Source: a virus | Length of the DNA: 64,000 nucleotides | Direction: 5' to 3' (one strand) | Virus record (IMG/VR): IMGVR_UViG_3300045999_010887 | Span: 16,655-80,654 of that record | Shown here: positions 46,329-54,659 of the stretch, piece after piece | How positions within the stretch are numbered: the first letter of the stretch is position 1 | How the letters are laid out: each line of letters opens with the position of its first letter | Position numbers and translations under genes: made by a program | Notes under the pieces: model-generated | Told to the model about the DNA's origin: nothing | Seen by the model: the letters and a program-made list of their open reading frames with translations, nothing else | Databases searched by the model: none

Positions 46329-46559
46329 TCAGTTGTTCTCCAGCATCTCGTCCACGTAGGACTTGATAACCTGGAGGTGTTCGGCAGTAAGTACCTGGCT
46401 ACGGCCATACTCAAGCAGGTCAAGGACCTGGAGCATGACTTGATCGCCAGCTTCCTGCCGGGTCGGTACGCCACACATATCGAAGATCTCTTCGCATGAC
46501 ATCTCAGTGATGTCAACGCAGTCGATCTGACGAACGGTGGCGATGGTGGTGTTGGTCAC
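46329..46559 (-). CDS. Hypothetical protein
   Basis: GGAG RBS plus GTG start. Confidence 0.55.
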   Translation of the reverse strand: MTNTTIATVRQIDCVDITEMSCEEIFDMCGVPTRQEAGDQVMLQVLDLLEYGRSQVLTAEHLQVIKSYVDEMLENN

Positions 46560-46574
46560 GGTGTACTCCGGTAG

Positions 46575-46608
46575 CTTGGACTTACACCACTGAAGTGTGG
46601 ATGCCAAG
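46575..46608 (-). ncRNA. Family B hairpin, copy 5
   Basis: CTTGG-CAT-CCAC-ACTTCA-GTGG-TGTAAGT-CCAAG; outer stem covaries. Confidence 0.7.
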
Positions 46609-46639
46609 AACACCTGGTGACCTACCACCTGAGTTGTCT

Positions 46640-46664
46640 GCTACGTTTAACGTCCAGCTCGACG
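46640..46664 (-). ncRNA. Family A pseudoknot, divergent copy 5
   Basis: CGTC-GA-GCTG-GACG-TTAAACG-TAGC. Confidence 0.5.
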
Positions 46665-46867
46665 ATTACACTGCTTAAATCCCGACCTTTAACATCGGGA
46701 TTAACCAAGTCTTGTATTACTCACTGTCCTATTTGGCCCGTGGGGGAGCGTAGCGCCACATCCAACCGAAATGTCAGGAAATGTTGACAATTGAGAGGAT
46801 AATGAGTGGAAGACTCACTAAATGAGGGCTATATAAACCCCTGGTCGCCCAGGGGAAGAGATAACCG

Positions 46868-47188
46868 TCAATCGAAGCAGGTTGCTTCTATAACGAAGCT
46901 AAGATCTTTGGGTCTGCGTGTGATAAACACTCGCCATTGACGGATGTCAACGCTACCTTCGCTGCTGGTGTCATAGCTGTTAGCGTACAACTCTTGTTGA
47001 GCAAGCTCAAGCTCGTAGATGTACAGATAACTAAGCAACTTATCCATCAAACGCTTCGGACTAATGTCCGCAGCTTTGAAGAATCCTGGTGCTAATGTCA
47101 CCTTCTTGCCGTTAGCAAGTGCAGCAACTGCGCACTCGCAACGGTAGTCAACTTCGTAAGCGCTGATCGTAGCAATGAATGTTGCCAT
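46868..47188 (-). CDS. Hypothetical protein, first gene of the small-ORF array
   Basis: MATFIATIS... Confidence 0.55.
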   Translation of the reverse strand: MATFIATISAYEVDYRCECAVAALANGKKVTLAPGFFKAADISPKRLMDKLLSYLYIYELELAQQELYANSYDTSSEGSVDIRQWRVFITRRPKDLSFVIEATCFD

Positions 47189-47423
47189 TGTGCTGAATAC
47201 AGTGGAACTCTGCGTTAGTACGGATGCGCAGCCCCCGTTACTTATCAACCTCCTTCTTTTTTTCTATCCGGTATCTCTCTCGGTTGGGGTGTTGGAGAAG
47301 AGTCAGGTAATTTTGTACCCTTTTCAGGGATATATGCGCCCGTTTTTTGTATTTACGAATACAAATATTAATTTTTATCCCTAATTTGTATGTAAATTTC
47401 CCACTTACCCCAAAAATTTACAC

Positions 47424-47450
47424 AAAAAAGCCGGGTGTAACCCCGGCTTT
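47424..47450 (-). terminator. Intrinsic terminator
   Basis: AAAGCCGGG-loop-CCCGGCTTTTTT. Confidence 0.75.
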
Positions 47451-47474
47451 AGTCCCAAATATTACACTGTTGTT

Positions 47475-47687
47475 TTAACTGGCGCCTTTTTGTACGTACT
47501 GTGTCGCCAAATTGACAGCCTGTTGATATTTTTGCGTGTCTGGCACGGCCATGGCCAGCTCCTGGTTCGCGCTTGACCGTAGATTTTGGACTTCAAAGGG
47601 ATGCATGCCCCCCTCGCGCAGTTCATTGGCGCGTTGGTCAATTGTTTGACGTATGTTTTCTCGTCTTTCCCTAAGTGCTTCGTCCAT
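47475..47687 (-). CDS. Hypothetical protein
   Basis: 70-aa ORF followed by a terminator. Confidence 0.55.
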   Translation of the reverse strand: MDEALRERRENIRQTIDQRANELREGGMHPFEVQNLRSSANQELAMAVPDTQKYQQAVNLATQYVQKGAS

Positions 47688-47807
47688 TTTTTGCGTTCTT
47701 TACCGTCGTAACGGTTTATATTCCTTAGTTTACAGGATAATTACGTTTTTTAATATCCAAAGTTAGAATGTAACCATCAAAAGATTATAAATACCTCCAT
47801 AAAGGTT

Positions 47808-50800
47808 ATGGTGCTCTCTCCTGCTGACTTTTACGCCTACAGCCGCGCCACTGGAGCGCCAGTCCCAGAAGATGCTCAAGAACGGGCGGAGATGGCGCCT
47901 GAAGTTCTGGAGTTTCGTCGTAATCAACTCAAGGCCCCACAACAAGAGTCCAATCCATTTGCTGCTTTAGGTACTGCTGCCCTTGGCTTAGGTGCATTGG
48001 CAGGTTTGGGGTTTGGTGCCAGGGCATTGATGGGTCGTGGCCGTCAGCTTCCTAAAGGTCCAGCCAAATCTGCAACCGCTGGTGTACGCCAAGTCAATCT
48101 TGCGGACATGGAACAGTCTGTTCGTCGTGTTGCTGCAGAGCCTGCACCTTCTACTCCAGCGCCTACACCATCCAAAATCGCCAGCCGTAGCGTGATGCCT
48201 ACGGAGGAAGAGGCTTTTACACAGTATCGGCGTCAACTTGCAGAAAAACTGCCTGAACCTACGGCAGAAGAACTGAACTTCCCTGCTGCAGCACCTCGTG
48301 TGTACGGGGTTGGCTATCGTGAGCGTCAACCAGAACTTGGCTATCGCTCTGACGCGCTTGCCGCCTTTGAAAAGAAATATCCACCGTCTCCTGAATTGCA
48401 AGCCGCACGTCGCGCTGCTGCACAACAAGACCTACTTAATGCTGCTGCACGGCTTGAAGCAAATACTGCAACCCTAACCGACCTCCAAAAGATCCAAGCT
48501 CCAGCTGCTGCAGATCAGTTTATTAACGCAGTTGAATCCGGTGAAGACCAGATGACTGGACGCATAAAATCTCAACTCAGCCGTAATGAAGACCTGGATA
48601 TGAGCCAGGTTGAAATACTTGAAAATATTGTACAAAAAAATAATGCATTAATGCGTGAACAAGCGGATCCTTCTCAGATGATTGGTTATGTAGCAGATGA
48701 ACCAATTAATCAGGTTGCTTTTCAATTGCCAGATGGTTTACCTGTTAATCAAGCAGAAGGTGTAACTGTACGTGAATTGTTGAGGCAAGGTAAACCCGTA
48801 CTTGATTTACGGCAGAGACAAACTGTTCGTGTTTCGCCCAAAGCCCTGGGCCTGGAACAAGAACAAGATCCTTTAGTGCAAGAGGCTCGTCAGTATCTGC
48901 GGGCACAAGAGATTGATACTGATTTTGATTACTCTGCAGAAAACATAAGACAAGCTGCACAAGTTCGTGATCGCATTGAAACAGCACAAGCTCTCCAGAA
49001 CCAAGCCAATCAAATTATTGCAGAGCTCCAAGCAAAAAGACCGGTAGTTAACCAACAGTTATCTCCTCAAGAATTCGCTGCTGCTTTTAATAAAAAATAT
49101 CGGGAGGAATTAAATCCTGAGTTGCGGATGGTTGATAATGCTCGCCAACGACAAGAGCTTCGCAAAGAACAAGCCGGTGTTGAGGGAGAAGATGTTGTAT
49201 CGCTGTTGCTTGGCGATGTTCCCGAAGTTGAAACCACAATGCGTGGTAAAGCCCTTCGTGGCGGTAAGCTCAATCGGGCGGGAGATATTAGTTACATGGA
49301 TGAATCAGGTCAAGAATATGCCTCTGCTGATACGGGAGTAAAAGCCAGACAAGGTCAGGGTGTCCAGTATAAAGAGCATGCACTTTTGACCAATGAGGTT
49401 AAACCGATTATTGGCAGTGCATCGGATGAAGAGTTAACTTCGCTCTTGCTTGAAGGACAAGCATCTCCTTTAAGGCAAGCACTGAAAGAACGAGTAGCTC
49501 AAAAATTAACAAGGTATCAAGATCCTAGACAATTAAATTTACCGTTTAGCCCTGGAGGTGGTGAGCAACAAGCTATTAGTACTTCTCTTGACACTTATCT
49601 TACTAACCTTGCATCTCAAACTTTAGTTGCAAGAGCCTTAAAGAATCCGGAACCCACTGCACTACAAACAGCGGCTTTAAATCGTGCCAGGGCTTCTGTT
49701 GCTGCTTCGGAAGAAATTCGTCAACAGGCTCGTATTCAAAGCCAACAAAAACCAACTATTGCCCCTGGTCCAGCACAAGACGTTGCTCGCGCCATGGAAA
49801 CCTTGCGTCGAGGAATGATCGTTGATCCTTCTGAACCACTTCCTGTAATGCCTTCTGTGCAACAGTTACGCACTGGATATGCTTCTGATGAGGAGATCGG
49901 CTCCATTCTCGGCGCTTCTGATGTTTATACAGGTGCAGCAGCAGAGGCCGCTGGACCAGTTATCTTTACGGGTAAGAGCAAGGCAAATACCGTACTTGCA
50001 ACACCTCCACTCATTGGATCCATTGATACACCTGCAGGACGCTATCTGACACAAAATAATCCTGATGTTCTTGGTACTGTTTATAATGTTGCAGGTACTC
50101 GTGCTAATCGTGCAATCTCAAGGCAAGTTGAGGCAAACGCACAGGCTTTCTTGGCAGATGCAATTACTGGTGGGATGCAGGTTAAAACCGTAAGTGATCC
50201 TGAATCTTACGTAACACCTAGAGCTTCAGCGACAAGTCAATTAGAACTTTTCCCTGCCCAAGCGCCACAAGTCTCATCCATTTCTCCTATGCGTCTTGCA
50301 GGAGCATTAGGCGCCCCTGGAATTGACCCCAGCAAACGGACGTTGTACGCACAGTATCAACCTGGTCGTAGCGTGCCTGTTCCTCGTAGTCCCTTTATTG
50401 GGGAAATGATTGGTGGCACAGTAGTTGTTGTTCCACCCATAGGAGCAAGCACTGGAACACGCCGTGATATTGGTGCACCTTCCGCCAGTATCGACTTAAC
50501 TCGTCGTGGAGAAAAATCAAGATACTTCTCTCTTTATCCTGAAGAGCAATTTGTTACTGGGATAGAGCCTGCACCTATTGGACCTGTGACACAATCTGCT
50601 GGTTTATCTCGGATTGGCGGCATGACTCAGCAAACCATACAAGGCGCAGGTGGGTTTCCCATTACACAGCTCACTCCCCAAGGCCAAAAGATTGCTTATC
50701 CCCGAATGGATAAACCAGCTAAAGCTCTTGGTTTTCGTGGGGGGACGGTTACGAATATTCCTCGTTACGGGATTAATCCCGGAGCAGAAGATTGGCGTGA

Positions 50801-50930
50801 TGACCTGATGCGTTCTGCTTTCCGCCGTGGTGGACCCATTCGTACTTATCCTGCCGATCCTCGTCAACTTGGTATCGAGGGTCGAGGATTAGATCTTCTA
50901 TTAGAATACCTCAATAGGAGCAAGCCATGA
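47808..50930 (+). CDS. Large putative internal virion protein
   Basis: 1040 aa, Ala/Gln/Pro-rich, N-terminal Gly-rich hydrophobic segment; upstream of terminase. Confidence 0.55.
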   Translation: MVLSPADFYAYSRATGAPVPEDAQERAEMAPEVLEFRRNQLKAPQQESNPFAALGTAALGLGALAGLGFGARALMGRGRQLPKGPAKSATAGVRQVNLADMEQSVRRVAAEPAPSTPAPTPSKIASRSVMPTEEEAFTQYRRQLAEKLPEPTAEELNFPAAAPRVYGVGYRERQPELGYRSDALAAFEKKYPPSPELQAARRAAAQQDLLNAAARLEANTATLTDLQKIQAPAAADQFINAVESGEDQMTGRIKSQLSRNEDLDMSQVEILENIVQKNNALMREQADPSQMIGYVADEPINQVAFQLPDGLPVNQAEGVTVRELLRQGKPVLDLRQRQTVRVSPKALGLEQEQDPLVQEARQYLRAQEIDTDFDYSAENIRQAAQVRDRIETAQALQNQANQIIAELQAKRPVVNQQLSPQEFAAAFNKKYREELNPELRMVDNARQRQELRKEQAGVEGEDVVSLLLGDVPEVETTMRGKALRGGKLNRAGDISYMDESGQEYASADTGVKARQGQGVQYKEHALLTNEVKPIIGSASDEELTSLLLEGQASPLRQALKERVAQKLTRYQDPRQLNLPFSPGGGEQQAISTSLDTYLTNLASQTLVARALKNPEPTALQTAALNRARASVAASEEIRQQARIQSQQKPTIAPGPAQDVARAMETLRRGMIVDPSEPLPVMPSVQQLRTGYASDEEIGSILGASDVYTGAAAEAAGPVIFTGKSKANTVLATPPLIGSIDTPAGRYLTQNNPDVLGTVYNVAGTRANRAISRQVEANAQAFLADAITGGMQVKTVSDPESYVTPRASATSQLELFPAQAPQVSSISPMRLAGALGAPGIDPSKRTLYAQYQPGRSVPVPRSPFIGEMIGGTVVVVPPIGASTGTRRDIGAPSASIDLTRRGEKSRYFSLYPEEQFVTGIEPAPIGPVTQSAGLSRIGGMTQQTIQGAGGFPITQLTPQGQKIAYPRMDKPAKALGFRGGTVTNIPRYGINPGAEDWRDDLMRSAFRRGGPIRTYPADPRQLGIEGRGLDLLLEYLNRSKP

Positions 50931-51145
50931 CTAACAACAAAAAGAAAAAAGATAAAAAGTGGATTCAAGGCATGAACATGAAGGAAGGCGCCTTCACCGC
51001 TAAAGCCAAATCCCGTGGGGTCAGTACTGCTCAGCTTCAGGAGAATGTTTTATCCAACCCTGACAAGTACGACGAAAAGACAGTAAAACAAGCAAACTTG
51101 CGTAAAACTCTAGTAGGCTTACATAAGAAAAAGAAAAGTAAATGA
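50927..51145 (+). CDS. Small basic protein
   Basis: KKWIQ..MKEGAFTAKAK...KQANL. Confidence 0.6.
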   Translation: MTNNKKKKDKKWIQGMNMKEGAFTAKAKSRGVSTAQLQENVLSNPDKYDEKTVKQANLRKTLVGLHKKKKSK

Positions 51146-51672
51146 AAATAGATAAACCCAGGACCACACCAGAAAAATACATTGGTTTTGGCGGCAACCA
51201 AGATAAAAAACTTTCTTTTAAAGCACAATACGATCTTCCTGCCAAATCCCAAGAAACCCCCTGGATTTCATCACGTTTTGGTCGACAAGATTTAACTAAA
51301 CGTATTGCTAATAGACGTTTAAATTTCAACGATCTTAATTTTTTGCCAGAAGGACAAGAGGTGAAAGGGTATGAGATGTTCCCAGGTCAAGGTCGTTTTG
51401 ACGTAAATACGGATTATGACTTTCCAATTGGTAGGCCCGCAACTCCAAACTTTCCTGAACAACAACCAGACTTTGATCCTTTTTGGAATACTTCGTATAT
51501 TTCCAGTCCAGTAATTTCACCTGACGACAAAATAAAAAATCCATTTCCACGACAAGATAACGTGGATCCAAATGGTTACCTGGCACAAATGATGGAACAA
51601 GGTTTAAATACCAACATTCCAATGTTCCCTGATCTTATTAATGAGAACCCCCAGACTTCCACTTCGATCTAA
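51142..51672 (+). CDS. Hypothetical protein
   Basis: ORF coupled to the previous one. Confidence 0.55.
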   Translation: MKIDKPRTTPEKYIGFGGNQDKKLSFKAQYDLPAKSQETPWISSRFGRQDLTKRIANRRLNFNDLNFLPEGQEVKGYEMFPGQGRFDVNTDYDFPIGRPATPNFPEQQPDFDPFWNTSYISSPVISPDDKIKNPFPRQDNVDPNGYLAQMMEQGLNTNIPMFPDLINENPQTSTSI

Positions 51673-51710
51673 GCTAAGCAAATTAAAATAAAACAATACA
51701 GGTAAACAAT

Positions 51711-52289
51711 ATGAAACCCTTTGCACGCCTGCTTGCTTACGCATCCAAGAATAAAGATGTTATCGGAAACGTGGCTGCAGGCAGCGTGTTAGCGGGTGGG
51801 TTTGGCGCCATGTCTGGCGGACCAGGAGTAGGCCTTGCTTATGGTTTAGGTGATTTGGTAACTGCACTTCCGTTGACATTAGGAGCACGCCGTCTTCGTC
51901 CACCGAAACCAACGGGGCGTCGCATTGAGGTAGAACCAGGTAAATTTGAGCCAGAGATGGCTAATTCGCGTTTAGAAACCACAGCCAACATTGGGGGGTC
52001 TTTGATTTCTCCATTTGCAACAGAAGCATTGGTAGGTGGGTTGATGCCTCAACCACAGGCAACACCTACGCAAATCTCGCAAGAACAGCAGATCATGCAG
52101 CAGATGATGCAGCGTCAAGGCATCAATGAACTGCAAGTTCCACAAGCGGTTGCACCTGGTACGCAATTCCAAGCGCAGGGAATCGAGCAAACCTTTCTTG
52201 ATGATTATCGTGCGCAGGTAACCAAGATGTTACCCAATCTCCCCCCTGGCTACATTGAACAAATGGTGGCAATGGGAGGAGCCGTCTAA
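51711..52289 (+). CDS. Putative virion/ejection protein
   Basis: Gly-rich hydrophobic N-terminus, Gln-rich C-terminus. Confidence 0.5.
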   Translation: MKPFARLLAYASKNKDVIGNVAAGSVLAGGFGAMSGGPGVGLAYGLGDLVTALPLTLGARRLRPPKPTGRRIEVEPGKFEPEMANSRLETTANIGGSLISPFATEALVGGLMPQPQATPTQISQEQQIMQQMMQRQGINELQVPQAVAPGTQFQAQGIEQTFLDDYRAQVTKMLPNLPPGYIEQMVAMGGAV

Positions 52290-53221
52290 TGAATCCGATT
52301 AATTTTTTATCTTCTCTTGTTCCTAACAATTATAAAGAAGGACTTAAAAAGGGTGAACGCGTAACACAACGTTTACATAAAACAGATAAATACGATTTAT
52401 TTATTGGTTCTCCGCAGTTCAAAAAAACTCTTGCAGCAGAGGGGGTTACAGCACGTAAAACGCCTGTGCAGTTTCTCGGTGCCTATACAGCGCGTTTGGT
52501 CGCTGATGTAACAAACGATGGTACACGTGGTCTTTGGTGGCGTTACAATCATCCGTTGGCCATCGCTGATAAAGTTGTTGAAAAAGCAATTGGAGAAGAA
52601 GCAGCTAAAGAATTGGGTCCATTAAAACGTGGTCTTTTGGTTTCTTCTGTTGCTATACCAGGTACGGCAGTTGCTGGCGCTTATGACATTACCAATGTGG
52701 GAGAGCAGTTTCGTCAAGCGGGTTTTGCTCAGCAGTACGCAGAAGAAGGGTCAGAAGATCGCCGCAAATCTGACCAACCTGCCGTGGAATTATTTGAACG
52801 TTTTTTCCTTGGACGCACTGGTCGTCCTTTAGCTTATGAAGAGGCCAAAAAAGATATTCCTGATTTAACCCCAGAACGTTACGGTAATTTCTTACGTAAT
52901 TATTATCAAGACAAAGGTATTCTTGGTGTTCTTAAAGTAATGCCAGAAAATCTTGAAGGACATCCAGAGGCTCGGCTGCTAGGTTATCCAGTTAACATTC
53001 CAATGGTTACAACTTTTGCTGGTGGCTCTGCAGGTGTGGCAATAGGTGCTCGCATGGCCGGCACTCCGAAACAACGTCTTGTGCGAGGTGTTATTGGTGG
53101 ACTTACTGGATCTGTTGCTGGCATTACAACCGGCAATGCTGTTAATGAAATGATTGCTTCTGGCAATCGACCAAAATTACCAACAGTTGCAGAATACGAA
53201 ATCAGTACTGATAAAATTTAA
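52289..53221 (+). CDS. Putative virion/ejection protein
   Basis: C-terminal glycine-zipper segments. Confidence 0.5.
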   Translation: MNPINFLSSLVPNNYKEGLKKGERVTQRLHKTDKYDLFIGSPQFKKTLAAEGVTARKTPVQFLGAYTARLVADVTNDGTRGLWWRYNHPLAIADKVVEKAIGEEAAKELGPLKRGLLVSSVAIPGTAVAGAYDITNVGEQFRQAGFAQQYAEEGSEDRRKSDQPAVELFERFFLGRTGRPLAYEEAKKDIPDLTPERYGNFLRNYYQDKGILGVLKVMPENLEGHPEARLLGYPVNIPMVTTFAGGSAGVAIGARMAGTPKQRLVRGVIGGLTGSVAGITTGNAVNEMIASGNRPKLPTVAEYEISTDKI

Positions 53222-53243
53222 GATATAAGAAATAATCAAATAG

Positions 53244-54173
53244 ATGGCTCGCATTTTTACGGATCCATCCACTGGCCGCACTTATATGGGAGACCCTGTC
53301 TCCGGTGATGTTATTGAAGTGGGCGGTGGCGCTTCTGCGGAACCTCAAGGCCGGCGTGCACGTGCTCAACAGTTTGCACAGGATGCGCTCACTCAATTAC
53401 AAACGGGTGCCGGCACTGCCTTTGAAACTGTTCAAGAAAAAGCTAAAGGCGCTGGTGAATATATCCGCAACAAACCAATGCGTGCCGGTCTACGCGGTGG
53501 TTTAGCCGGTGGTGCGCTGATGGCTATTCCTTCCTTAATGGAAGGCCGTCCCGCTGAAGCAGTCGGCGGTTTAGCTGGTTCTGCTGCTGGTGGCGCTGCA
53601 GGTGCTGCACTTGGTACCGCACTTCTTCCAGGGGTTGGCACCGTAATCGGCGGTCTTGCTGGTTCTGCCCTTGGCGGCATGCTTGGTGGCGGCGCAGCGG
53701 AAGCAGCTGTTTCTGCTTACACAGGCAAACCCCCCACTGGTAAGACAGGAACCGAAGTTTCTCAGCCTCCTCGCTTCATTGAAACCCCCCTGGGCCGCAT
53801 CAATTTAAATGAGGCTGCTGCTCAACAAGATTCAATGGACCGCAATCAAAAGCGGCAAGTTGAGTATTACGGCACCATGATGGGAATGACGACGTCCAAT
53901 CTTAAGGACTTAACTCAATTCCAGAATGATCAAGAAATCAATATGCAGAAAGCAATGCTTCCAATTACTACGAGGCTTGCAAACGATCAACTGACCCGTG
54001 CACAAGCACTAATCAATACACAGAACAACGCATACATCCAACAGATGATGGTCGGTGCCCAAGCCAATCTTGCTCTTGGTGCTCAACGTGAACGTGGCGC
54101 AACGATGCGTCAAGCACTTGCAACCAACCCGTATGTGGTTGCCTTGGGCGCACCAAACATCTCTATTGGTTGA
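53244..54173 (+). CDS. Glycine-zipper putative ejection protein
   Basis: GGLAGSAAGGAAGAALGTALLPGVGTVIGGLAGSALGG plus Gln-rich helix. Confidence 0.55.
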   Translation: MARIFTDPSTGRTYMGDPVSGDVIEVGGGASAEPQGRRARAQQFAQDALTQLQTGAGTAFETVQEKAKGAGEYIRNKPMRAGLRGGLAGGALMAIPSLMEGRPAEAVGGLAGSAAGGAAGAALGTALLPGVGTVIGGLAGSALGGMLGGGAAEAAVSAYTGKPPTGKTGTEVSQPPRFIETPLGRINLNEAAAQQDSMDRNQKRQVEYYGTMMGMTTSNLKDLTQFQNDQEINMQKAMLPITTRLANDQLTRAQALINTQNNAYIQQMMVGAQANLALGAQRERGATMRQALATNPYVVALGAPNISIG

Positions 54174-54183
54174 GGTATAAATC

Positions 54184-54639
54184 ATGGCAGATTCATCCGC
54201 TTTCGGTAACTTCTTTTCTTCTGCTTCTGGCATGGGTAACCCTATGACGCCTCAAGCGGGTGCTTACGAGCCATGGGAGCAAGATGTGCTCAATAAAATG
54301 AATCCTGACATTGCAGGCGCTATCCTTCTAAATCGCAAAAGAGAAGACGTTTATAACGACCCCAATCGTTTTGGGGAGCTTCTCAAGGTCATGAAAGAGT
54401 TTCGTGCAGAAGAAGCCGCTGGTGCAGCCAAGATCCAGGCTGAACGTGATAAGCGTGCATTCCAGTACAACTTAATGGCGAGTATTCCACAAACCATTAC
54501 GCAAATTGGAAGTAACTTAGCTCAGATGTCATACAACGCTCCACGGCTTCAAATCCTTGCTGGGATTCCTGATCAAATCCGTGCCGCCTATGGTTCTATG
54601 CCAGCAATTGATGTTCCTCGTACCAGGGGATTTAGTTAA
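54184..54639 (+). CDS. Hypothetical virion protein
   Basis: ORF in the structural cluster. Confidence 0.5.
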   Translation: MADSSAFGNFFSSASGMGNPMTPQAGAYEPWEQDVLNKMNPDIAGAILLNRKREDVYNDPNRFGELLKVMKEFRAEEAAGAAKIQAERDKRAFQYNLMASIPQTITQIGSNLAQMSYNAPRLQILAGIPDQIRAAYGSMPAIDVPRTRGFS

Positions 54640-54659
54640 CTCAAGGATATAATTACATC

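Larger units (their letters stand above)
45185..46334 (-). repeat. Five family C tRNA-elbow-like repeats (45185-45256, 45460-45532, 45716-45786, 45972-46046, 46265-46334) alternating with small ORFs
   Basis: Core TTGCCACAATCCCGTGGCATCTACTCAAC is identical in 3 copies and near-identical in a 4th; each copy has a T-arm-like hairpin 5' of the core and begins at the upstream TGA. Confidence 0.85.

Noticed and set aside
45252-46331. UGA readthrough or SECIS-type recoding into a polyprotein
   Set aside because: Only the 46329 junction is in frame and open. The 45528 junction is in frame but meets TAA, and the others are out of frame.
45185-46334. CRISPR array
   Set aside because: Intervals are about 250-290 bp and each holds an ORF; repeats vary structurally; no cas genes.
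44100-46600. Classical integron with attC sites
   Set aside because: No tyrosine recombinase in the window and no consistent RYYYAAC/GTTRRRY boxes.
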